Below, piece after piece: positions 18,030 through 25,094 of a stretch of 32,000 bases of DNA (its first letter is position 1; every line of letters starts with the position of its first letter). Made by a program: the position numbers and the translations under genes. This DNA comes from Candidatus Saccharimonadota bacterium (GTDB lineage: Bacteria; Patescibacteriota; Patescibacteriia; 2-12-FULL-60-25), in the NCBI GenBank assembly GCA_016699205.1, contig CP064964.1, positions 480,001-512,000 on the forward strand, in the 5' to 3' direction. The notes beneath the pieces are model-generated. The model made no database searches, was not told the DNA's origin, and saw nothing but the letters and a program-made list of their open reading frames with translations.

Positions 18030-18590
18030 TTAGGATTTGCGTCCGACAATCGCCGTGACATTACCGCCCGTGCGGGTGATCTGCTGCTCGATGAAGAGTT
18101 CGTACTCTTTGGTGAGTTCTGCAAGGTATTCCTGGATTTTCTTTCTGGCGATGTCGCCATGTTCTTTCTCGCGACCACGCAGGCGGATCTCGATATTGAG
18201 CTTGTGACCGTCGGCAAGGAAACCCTTACCTTGGTTGATGCGAGTATCGAAGTCCCCCTGTCCCATCTTTACGGAGAGTCGGATGCCTTTCACGTCAACC
18301 TTTTTGGCGTGGGCCTTTTGGGCCTTGATCTCCTTCTCCTTATGATATTTGAATTGCCCGTAATCGAGGAGTTTGCAGACCGGCGGATTGGCCTTGGGTG
18401 AAACCTCGACGAGGTCATACCCGCGTTCAACCGCGGTTGCGAGTGCTTTCTCGACGGTCATCGGACCCAAGAAGGCTCCGTTTTCGTCGATCACACTCAC
18501 CTCGGGCGACTTGATCTGATCATTGACCAAGTAGTTTACGAGTTCTTCTTTTTTTTGATAGCCGCCGCGGCGGCGATGGTGAATTCTCAT
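18030..18590 (-). CDS. infC: Translation initiation factor IF-3
   Basis: IKSPEVSVIDENGAFLGPMTVEKALATAVERGYDLVEVSPKANPPVCKLLDYGQFKY is canonical IF-3. The ATG at 18590 is taken as the start, but a non-ATG start nearby cannot be excluded. Confidence 0.85.
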   Translation of the reverse strand: MRIHHRRRGGYQKKEELVNYLVNDQIKSPEVSVIDENGAFLGPMTVEKALATAVERGYDLVEVSPKANPPVCKLLDYGQFKYHKEKEIKAQKAHAKKVDVKGIRLSVKMGQGDFDTRINQGKGFLADGHKLNIEIRLRGREKEHGDIARKKIQEYLAELTKEYELFIEQQITRTGGNVTAIVGRKS

Positions 18591-18601
18591 TAGAAAATGG
18601 G

Positions 18602-19024
18602 TGGTGGAGATGCCGGGTATCGCACCCGGGTCCGAACATAAGACCAAGACGTTTCATTCACAAGCTTGGACGACTCATCCCAACGCACGTCGGGTGTCAT
18701 TCCTGCGGCATGGAGCCGACGAGAGCGCAGGAACCAAGTTTCCGGGGCCTGTCGTCATGAGCGGGAAACCGCGCTCGCGACCAAGTTCCCATTTATGACA
18801 GTCGATCTCTACCTCGGGAACAGAGGAAGAGGGACTGGCCGGCCACAGTCGCGGTTAGGCGAGGACCGGAGCGAAGGACGGGGCGCGGAAAGCCGAAGCG
18901 ATCGCGTCCTGAACCTTTGAAATGACGTTGGCAGTTGTCATTGTACCTACGTGGATTACGGACTCGTAGGCGCGTCCGGCTTGCAACGAAATGGAACGAA
19001 CGTCGTCGATGCTGATTCATCCCC
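18602..19024 (-). ncRNA. ssrA: tmRNA (ssrA)
   Basis: The 5' end GGGGATGAATCAGCATCGACG pairs with the 3' end ...GGACCCGGGTGCGATACCCGGCATCTCCACCA. This gives an acceptor stem with a G3.U70 wobble, a T-arm and CCA. An in-frame tag reading frame runs GCC(18932)...TAA(18855), predicting ANVISKVQDAIASAFRAPSFAPVLA. It lies directly next to smpB. Confidence 0.85.
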
Positions 19025-19026
19025 GT

Positions 19027-19467
19027 TTACTCGTCGTAACGACGGGCATGGCGCATACGGTCGCGTTCCTTGATGGAATCCCGCTTGTCATGGGCTTTTT
19101 TCCCACGACCGAGGGCAAACGAGACTTTGATGCGTCGGCGGAGAGGATAGAATGAAATGGGCACAAGTGTCAAGCCTTTTTGCTCCAATTTTTCCGTTAA
19201 CTTGCGCAATTCCTTGGCTGTAACCAGAACCTTGCGATTCCGTTCTATCTCGTAGGTATCCCGGTTGGCCATCTTGGAATAGGGCCGAATTTGGGCTCCG
19301 ACCAGCCATAATTCACCACGGATGAGGCGGATGTAGGCCCCCTCGAGCTTCGCTCCGCCCTCACGGATCGATTTCACCTCCGGACCGCTCAAAACCAGGC
19401 CTCCTTCAAAGGATTCCAGGAACTGATAGTCGTGCCGGGCTTTCCGGTTTTCTGCGTAGGGCTTCAT
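19027..19467 (-). CDS. smpB: SsrA-binding protein SmpB
   Basis: The start was trimmed to ATG 19467, giving MKPYAENRKARHDYQFLESFEGGLVLSGPEVKSIREG... (146 aa), which is canonical SmpB. The longer track ORF runs antisense into the neighbouring gene. Confidence 0.9.
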   Translation of the reverse strand: MKPYAENRKARHDYQFLESFEGGLVLSGPEVKSIREGGAKLEGAYIRLIRGELWLVGAQIRPYSKMANRDTYEIERNRKVLVTAKELRKLTEKLEQKGLTLVPISFYPLRRRIKVSFALGRGKKAHDKRDSIKERDRMRHARRYDE

Positions 19468-19503
19468 GGGTCTTTGGCCGTACGGTATAACACGTATAAC
19501 GAT

Positions 19504-20532
19504 ATGGAAACTCCCCGCGTCATTGCCATCAGTACCGGAACCATTCTCAAGGTGCTCGGAATCGTCCTTGCCTTGGGCTTGGCCTGGGTCTTGAGAGATA
19601 TTCTCCTCTACACATTTACCGCGATCCTGATTGCGGGCGTGATGTATCCACTCGCGACATGGGCGGAGCGTCATCGCATTCCAAAAGGATTGACCGTGGC
19701 CGTTGTGTACATCCTGCTGATCGGAGTTTTGATTACAGCGATCAGTTTCTTGGTTCCGGCGCTCCTTGAACAAACACGCTTGGCTGCCGGAGCCTTTGGC
19801 AACACGCTTGGCTGGCTGCAGGATGCAACAAGTCTTTTGAAAGACGTGGCTGCGCGCATGGGCATCCAGACCGGAACCGCGCCGACGATCGCCGGTGTTG
19901 CCGGACAAGCACAAGATGTTGCGCTTGGATTTTTAGGAACATTGAATACTGTCGCTGGCGGTGTCGCAGGCGCACTCGTCGTCATCGTGCTATCTTTTTA
20001 TATTATTATTGAAGATGAAGCAGCACGGAAAGCGTTCCGCAGTCTTGTGCCGGAGCGTTATCAGGAATTTGCCATCCGGCTCGTGTGGCAGGTCGTGGAA
20101 AAACTTGGTGCGTGGATGCGCGGACAGCTCGCATTGTCAGCCAGTATCTGTACAACCTATTTTATTCTTTTCACGATTCTCGGGCTTCCCTATCCCCTGC
20201 TCCTTGCACTCGTCGCCGGATTGTTTGAGTTCATTCCGTACATTGGTCCGATTATTGCTGCATCGATTGCCACGTTCATTGCGTTTACGGTTGCACCTTG
20301 GATGGCGCTGGTTGTCGCCATCGCTACCATCGTGATTCAACAGCTGCAAAATAATATCGTCGCGCCGATGGTGATGCGCCGAGCGGTTGGCATGAATCCG
20401 GTCATTAGCATTCTTGCGTTTTTGGTTGGGGCAAAACTATTTGGAGCCGTCGGTGCCATCTTTGCGATTCCGGTTGCAACCGCCTGTTCCGTGGCAGCTG
20501 CGGAGTATGTACGATTCAGGAACGGAACATGA
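19504..20532 (+). CDS. AI-2E family transporter (PerM/YhhT-like)
   Basis: Polytopic membrane protein with the family-typical C-terminal region FEFIPYIGPIIA...QQLQNNIVAPMVM...NPVISILAFLVGAKLFGAVGAIFAIP. The start is taken at ATG 19504. Confidence 0.8.
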   Translation: METPRVIAISTGTILKVLGIVLALGLAWVLRDILLYTFTAILIAGVMYPLATWAERHRIPKGLTVAVVYILLIGVLITAISFLVPALLEQTRLAAGAFGNTLGWLQDATSLLKDVAARMGIQTGTAPTIAGVAGQAQDVALGFLGTLNTVAGGVAGALVVIVLSFYIIIEDEAARKAFRSLVPERYQEFAIRLVWQVVEKLGAWMRGQLALSASICTTYFILFTILGLPYPLLLALVAGLFEFIPYIGPIIAASIATFIAFTVAPWMALVVAIATIVIQQLQNNIVAPMVMRRAVGMNPVISILAFLVGAKLFGAVGAIFAIPVATACSVAAAEYVRFRNGT

Positions 20533-21293
20533 TTTTCCTCCTCGTCCGCGGGCTTCCGCTTTTCATCGGACTCGCTGTCTTTGCCGCTTGCCAGTGGCAA
20601 TGGCGCGACGCCTCGATTTATCCGTGGCCGCTCGTCGCCGCTCTTATCGCCTATGCGGTTGGCGCAGGTTTTATCAGCTATCGCCGATTACCGATTGAAG
20701 AACTGGGTTCCAAAATGGTACCCGGGGTCATTGTTCTCCTTTCCATGGGTTTTGCTTTTCTCCTGGTCGAGGCTCCCGAGAGCCGTGTAGCCCTTTCCTT
20801 GCTGATGGCCGGTTCAGCCGGAGTCTCTCTTGAGATGCTTTGGCTTTTGGCATTTGATCCAGCTCGATATCCCGTACACGGGCTCTCACGGCTCAATGTT
20901 GCGTTCATGCCACTCGCCGCTTTCTTTGCCTGCCTTGGATTAACCGGACTTGGTTACTTTATCCGAACGCCGGAATGGATCACACCTCTTACGATGGCGG
21001 CTTTGGGAGCGCTGGCATTTGTTTTAACCTCTCCACATACGCATGGAAGAACACACCGTACTCGATGGGGCATTCTTGGCGCTGCGATCGGATTACAAGT
21101 TGGGATTCTGGCGTTGATTTTACCTGTTTCCATCGTCGTACAAGGCTCTTTGGCGGCGATTCTGATCGCGATTCCTCTACGTATCCGCCGCTACAGCACG
21201 GGCGCTATTCCGCGACGAGTGACAGCCTGGAGCGAGGGCGTGAGTGTCACGGTCCTGTTTTTAACGGTTTTGCTGGTTTCCCGTTGGGCATAA
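20529..21293 (+). CDS. Polytopic integral membrane protein, unknown function
   Basis: 254 aa with roughly 7-8 hydrophobic segments. It has a 4-nt overlap with the upstream transporter gene. Confidence 0.5.
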   Translation: MIFLLVRGLPLFIGLAVFAACQWQWRDASIYPWPLVAALIAYAVGAGFISYRRLPIEELGSKMVPGVIVLLSMGFAFLLVEAPESRVALSLLMAGSAGVSLEMLWLLAFDPARYPVHGLSRLNVAFMPLAAFFACLGLTGLGYFIRTPEWITPLTMAALGALAFVLTSPHTHGRTHRTRWGILGAAIGLQVGILALILPVSIVVQGSLAAILIAIPLRIRRYSTGAIPRRVTAWSEGVSVTVLFLTVLLVSRWA

Positions 21294-21311
21294 CGTGGTA
21301 GAATTGCCGGT

Positions 21312-22430
21312 ATGAAAAATCCGGTTTTGTTGTGGTTACCCACGATGGCAGGCGTTGTCGCAGGAACCGCTACCGCGGTGGTCGTGACCCTGGCCTATGT
21401 ACAGCCTCAATTTCAGGCTATTCGGGACCAGATCGACACTTTAACAGTGACAACAAGTACGCCGGATATCATTCCGCCTGTTCAAATAGTTCCGATTGAA
21501 CCTCGTCCCCTTGTCCCTGCCTACCCGCCAGCATTTTTGGAACGACGCATTTCTTCTGTTGTCACGGTTGTCCGCCGCGGACGCGCGGATGGTTTGCCTG
21601 TTGCTGCGGAGCGAGAGCTTGGTGCCGCAGTCGCGATCACGAGCGACGGCTGGCTTGCCACAAGCTGGTCTGCCGTAAACGGATTGCGCTTGAATGAGTT
21701 GGGCGTTGCTTGGTCTGGCCGTGTCTACCCTGTGCTGCGTGCCGTTCGCGATACAGCGACTGACATTGTTTACTTGAATATTAACGTACAGGGATTGCCG
21801 GCCGCTGCTTTTGCACGCGCTTCCGATGTCGAGAGCGGTGCTGCGGTTTGGTACGAGCCGCGTCCGGGCCAGCTGCGAGCGGATTTAGTCATTGATGATT
21901 CATCAATGCTGACCAGTGAAGCTCTCTCGAGTGAACGAGCGGGACGACGATTCTTGGTCGAGGGTCTCGCTGGAGCAAATGCCGGAGCTGCCGTGTGGGA
22001 TGGCGGAGGAAAATTGGTCGGCATCGCGGAAGAGAATGCGGTGAATGGCGCTGCTGTTATTCCTGCCGAAGGACTTGGGACAACCCTTGCACAACTGATC
22101 AGCACGAATACAATTACGCGCCCGCTCTTGGGAATTCGCGGTATCGATTTGGCGGATATTGCCCTTGATACGACAAGCTCGACGCTTCCACAGCTTGGCG
22201 CATGGGTGCGCGCGGTACCTGCAGGGACGCCAGCGTATCGAAATTTGGCAGAGAATGATGTGATCGAACGCGTGGAACGTGATATTCTTGATGGGTCAGC
22301 GGATTTGGGCGAGCGCTTGCTCGAGTATCGACCTGGCGTAACGATCACTTTGTACGGACGACGCAACGGGCAATCGTTTCAAGCGCGTGTGACGCTCGGA
22401 TCACACAACACCGCAGAGGCCATCAAATAA
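21312..22430 (+). CDS. Membrane-anchored HtrA-like (S1C fold + PDZ) protein with a degenerate catalytic triad
   Basis: N-terminal TM segment. The trypsin-fold signature aligns by eye to HtrA. At the His position it reads AITSDGWLATSWSAV (TNNHVV replaced by TSWSAV). The Asp is kept (TDIVYLNI). The GNSGG box reads GANAGAAVWDGGGKLVGI (Ser replaced by Ala). A PDZ-like C-terminus follows (RPLLGIRGIDL...GAWVRAVPAGTPA). Confidence 0.6.
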   Translation: MKNPVLLWLPTMAGVVAGTATAVVVTLAYVQPQFQAIRDQIDTLTVTTSTPDIIPPVQIVPIEPRPLVPAYPPAFLERRISSVVTVVRRGRADGLPVAAERELGAAVAITSDGWLATSWSAVNGLRLNELGVAWSGRVYPVLRAVRDTATDIVYLNINVQGLPAAAFARASDVESGAAVWYEPRPGQLRADLVIDDSSMLTSEALSSERAGRRFLVEGLAGANAGAAVWDGGGKLVGIAEENAVNGAAVIPAEGLGTTLAQLISTNTITRPLLGIRGIDLADIALDTTSSTLPQLGAWVRAVPAGTPAYRNLAENDVIERVERDILDGSADLGERLLEYRPGVTITLYGRRNGQSFQARVTLGSHNTAEAIK

Positions 22431-22442
22431 AAAAAATAAATT

Positions 22443-23060
22443 ATGACCATTAAAGATCAGCCGATTCGCAGCTTGCTCGCCTCGTGGCGTGCGCTTGTCG
22501 GACTCGGTATCGCCGGAGCGCTCCTTGCTCTCGCCGTTTCCTTTTTGCAGCCATTGCAATACAACTCGACTGTACGTTTATTGATTACTCAGCCAGGCTC
22601 GGTCAACGTTGATGCGTTTACGGTGTTGAAATCCAATGAGCGCATTGCGCAGAACCTTTCACAATTGCTGCGTACCTCGACCTTTTTTGAAAATATTTTG
22701 GCACAAGCGCAGGGCGTCGATGTTGATTATTTCCCTGCAGCAGAATATGAACGCCGCGCTGCATGGAATCGCGCGATCTCGACCAGCGTCGATACCGGTA
22801 GCGGACTCATGACGGTTAGCGTTTACCATCGCGACGTTGCGCAGGCACGAAGCCTCGTGGTGGCGGCATCCAACGAGATCGCCAAGCAAGCTCCGAATTA
22901 CTTTGGCTCGGCCATCCGCGTGCAGGTGATCGACTCCCCGCTTGATTCTCGCTGGTATGCGCGTCCAAACTTCATGAATAACGCGGTGTACGGATTGTTT
23001 ACGGGAATTATGCTCGGCGTTCTCTGGAGCCTTCTCCGAAAGCCCGAACGAAGCGAGTAA
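22443..23060 (+). CDS. Wzz/chain-length-determinant-like bitopic membrane protein
   Basis: 205 aa with an N-terminal TM (LVGLGIAGALLALAVSFLQPLQYNSTVRLLI) and a C-terminal TM (VYGLFTGIMLGVLWSLL). This topology is typical of small Wzz/YveK-like proteins. Confidence 0.45.
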   Translation: MTIKDQPIRSLLASWRALVGLGIAGALLALAVSFLQPLQYNSTVRLLITQPGSVNVDAFTVLKSNERIAQNLSQLLRTSTFFENILAQAQGVDVDYFPAAEYERRAAWNRAISTSVDTGSGLMTVSVYHRDVAQARSLVVAASNEIAKQAPNYFGSAIRVQVIDSPLDSRWYARPNFMNNAVYGLFTGIMLGVLWSLLRKPERSE

Positions 23061-23065
23061 CAAAC

Positions 23066-23093
23066 AAAAATCCCTCCGAGCGGAGGGATTTTT
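23066..23093. terminator. Bidirectional terminator between convergent genes
   Basis: aaaaatccctcc-gagc-ggagggattttt, with A and T runs on both sides. Confidence 0.75.
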
Positions 23094-23096
23094 GTT

Positions 23097-24911
23097 TTAG
23101 GCAAGACGTTCTTTGATCGATTTGATGGCATCGGCGATGAAGTCTGCCTTGTCCATGGATTTTTGGTCGGCTTCTCCGCGTACACGGACGGTGAGCGGAC
23201 CGCCTTCTGCTTCCTTATCGCCGACAACGAGCATGCGTGGAAGCTTCATCTTCTCCGCGTTGCGGATTTTCTTGCCGACGGATTCCGTTGAAGCGTCTAC
23301 CTCGACTCGCAAGCCTTGGGCACGGAGCTCTTTGGCGAGTTCGTTTGCGAAATCGATGTGACGATCAGCAACGGGAAGGATTCCGACTTGAACCGGAGCG
23401 AGCCAGAGCGGGAAGGCGCCAGCGTAGTGCTCGATCATAATACCCATGAAGCGTTCTACAGAGCCGAGAATGGCGCGGTGAACCATCACAGGGCGCTGAT
23501 GGGTGCCGTCGGTGGCGACGTACTCGAGGCCAAAGCGTTCTGGTTGGACAAAGTCGAGCTGAATCGTGGCCAATTGCCACTCGCGGCCGATCGCGTCTTT
23601 GGTCATGAAGTCGAGCTTGGGGCCGTAGAAGGCTGCCTCCCCTTCTCCGATCTCCACATCACGGCCGACAGACTGCATGACTTCTGCAAGCGCTTTTTCT
23701 GCAGCATCCCAAACATGTCCTTCACCAAGATATTTCTCCGGGTGGGCCGGGTCGCGGACGGAAAGGCGTACGCGGTGGAAACTCATGCCAAAACCCGCGT
23801 AAAAGGCTTCAGCGATGCGATAGATGGCAAGCGCCTCATCCTTTACTTGGTCGGCGCGGCAGAAAACGTGAGCATCGTCCTGCGTAATGGAGCGGACGCG
23901 GGTGAGACCTTGGAGCTGGCCGGTATTTTCATCGCGATAAACGGTCGTGACTTCACTCATGCGGATCGGGAGATCGCGATAGGAACGGGGCTTGGAAGCA
24001 AAGATCTGCGTGTGATGGGGGCAGTTCATTGGCTTCAAGACGAATGCTTCATCGGTTTTCTTGCTAGAGACGTGAAAGAGGTCATCCTCGAACTTGTCCC
24101 AGTGGCCAGATGTCTTGTAGAGGTCGGTTTTGGCGATATGCGGGATCATGACGCGCTCGTAACCGTATGGCTGCATCAATTCCCAGATGAAGTCAGTGAG
24201 ATTTTGGCGGAGAATGGTTCCGCGCGAGGTGAAGAGTGGCAAGCCGGAGCCGACGAGCGGTGAGAAGGTGAAGAGATCAAGCTCGGCACCAAGTTTACGA
24301 TGGTCGCGCTTCTCGGCTTCCGCCATCATCGTCTCATATTCCTTGAGTTGGTCTTTGGTTTCAAAGCAGAGTCCGTAAATGCGCTGCATTTGTGCGTTCT
24401 CCTGATTGCCGCGCCAATAGGCGCCGGCGACCTTGTTCAATTTCCAGGCGCCAATTTCTCTGGCTTCCGTGACATGAGGGCCGCGGCAAAGATCGATGAA
24501 ATCGCCGGTGCGATAAATCGTAATGACGCCGACATTCTGTGGGTCAACGTCTTGAGCTTCCTCGGCAGAAACTTTTGTGGTGCCTTTGGTCTTCAAATCG
24601 TTCAACAATTCTACTTTGTAGGTCTGGTCGAGTTCTGAAAAAAGTTTGATCGCGTCATCGAGCGAGACTTCCTCGCGGGTGAAGGCGGGGTTTTCTTTTT
24701 GGATGCGCTGCATTTCTTTCTCGATCAATTTCAAATCTTCCGGAGTAACCGGGCGACCGATATCGATATCGTAATAAAAACCGCTCTCGATGGCCGGGCC
24801 AACGCCGAGCTTGGCTTCTGGGAAGGCGCGTTTGATCGCAGCGGCCATAACATGGGCCGCGGAGTGGCGGCGAGTCATTATCGGATAGTCCATAGTGAAG
24901 GGATTATTCAT
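23097..24911 (-). CDS. thrS: Threonine--tRNA ligase (no N-terminal TGS domain)
   Basis: The start is taken at ATG 24911. The protein begins almost directly at the HSAAHVMAAAIKRAFPEAKLGVGPAIESGFYYD editing/SAD region. Class II core (RDHRKLGAELDLF, FRDENTGQLQGLTRVRSITQDDAHVF) and an anticodon-binding C-terminus are present. The upstream part of the track ORF is a T-box leader. Confidence 0.9.
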   Translation of the reverse strand: MNNPFTMDYPIMTRRHSAAHVMAAAIKRAFPEAKLGVGPAIESGFYYDIDIGRPVTPEDLKLIEKEMQRIQKENPAFTREEVSLDDAIKLFSELDQTYKVELLNDLKTKGTTKVSAEEAQDVDPQNVGVITIYRTGDFIDLCRGPHVTEAREIGAWKLNKVAGAYWRGNQENAQMQRIYGLCFETKDQLKEYETMMAEAEKRDHRKLGAELDLFTFSPLVGSGLPLFTSRGTILRQNLTDFIWELMQPYGYERVMIPHIAKTDLYKTSGHWDKFEDDLFHVSSKKTDEAFVLKPMNCPHHTQIFASKPRSYRDLPIRMSEVTTVYRDENTGQLQGLTRVRSITQDDAHVFCRADQVKDEALAIYRIAEAFYAGFGMSFHRVRLSVRDPAHPEKYLGEGHVWDAAEKALAEVMQSVGRDVEIGEGEAAFYGPKLDFMTKDAIGREWQLATIQLDFVQPERFGLEYVATDGTHQRPVMVHRAILGSVERFMGIMIEHYAGAFPLWLAPVQVGILPVADRHIDFANELAKELRAQGLRVEVDASTESVGKKIRNAEKMKLPRMLVVGDKEAEGGPLTVRVRGEADQKSMDKADFIADAIKSIKERLA

Positions 24912-25060
24912 GAAACAAAAAACGAAACAGCCTATGTGTTTCGTCGGGCCCCGACGTTCGTCGGGGGGTTCCACCCGAATTGCCTGACCGAGGTCAGACC
25001 GCTCTTGGTATCGATTGTTTTTTGCGCCGGTTGGTGAGGCCGGGGATGTCACCATGAAAC
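24912..25060 (-). promoter_or_regulatory. T-box riboswitch leader (Thr specifier ACC candidate) upstream of thrS
   Basis: The minus strand AATTCGGGTGGAACCCC matches the T-box consensus AAnnnGGGUGGnACC. Antiterminator topology: A1 UCGGG/CCCGA, a 7-nt bulge UGGAACC and A2 CCCCGAC-GAAC-GUCGGGG. A terminator ACGAAACA-cataggc-UGUUUCGU plus U tract (24944-24912) abuts the ATG. The upstream hairpin CCGG-CCUCACCAA-CCGG (25043-25027) displays ACC-A. Confidence 0.65.
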
Positions 25061-25063
25061 CAA

Positions 25064-25087
25064 AATGCTTGACCGAGGTCAAGCATT
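25064..25087 (-). terminator. Hairpin after gene 25095..26405 (terminator, or part of the thrS leader)
   Basis: aatgcttgacc-tc-ggtcaagcatt followed by TTGGTTT. A possible -10 TAGAAT (25090-25085) overlaps it, so its role is ambiguous. Confidence 0.5.
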
Positions 25088-25094
25088 CTATTGG

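Noticed and set aside
18601-19020. ORFs 18601..18798, 18666..18920 and 18793..19020 upstream of infC.
   Set aside because: The region folds as a tmRNA, with a paired acceptor stem containing G3.U70, a T-arm, a CCA end and an internal tag ORF ending in TAA.
19468-19914. N-terminal extension of the smpB ORF (19027..19914).
   Set aside because: The canonical SmpB begins at MKPYAENRKARHDY (ATG 19467). The extension is antisense to the AI-2E transporter gene and has an unrelated composition.
24912-25082. N-terminal 57-aa extension of the thrS ORF.
   Set aside because: The region contains a T-box consensus and terminator/antiterminator structures. ThrRS homology starts after ATG 24911.
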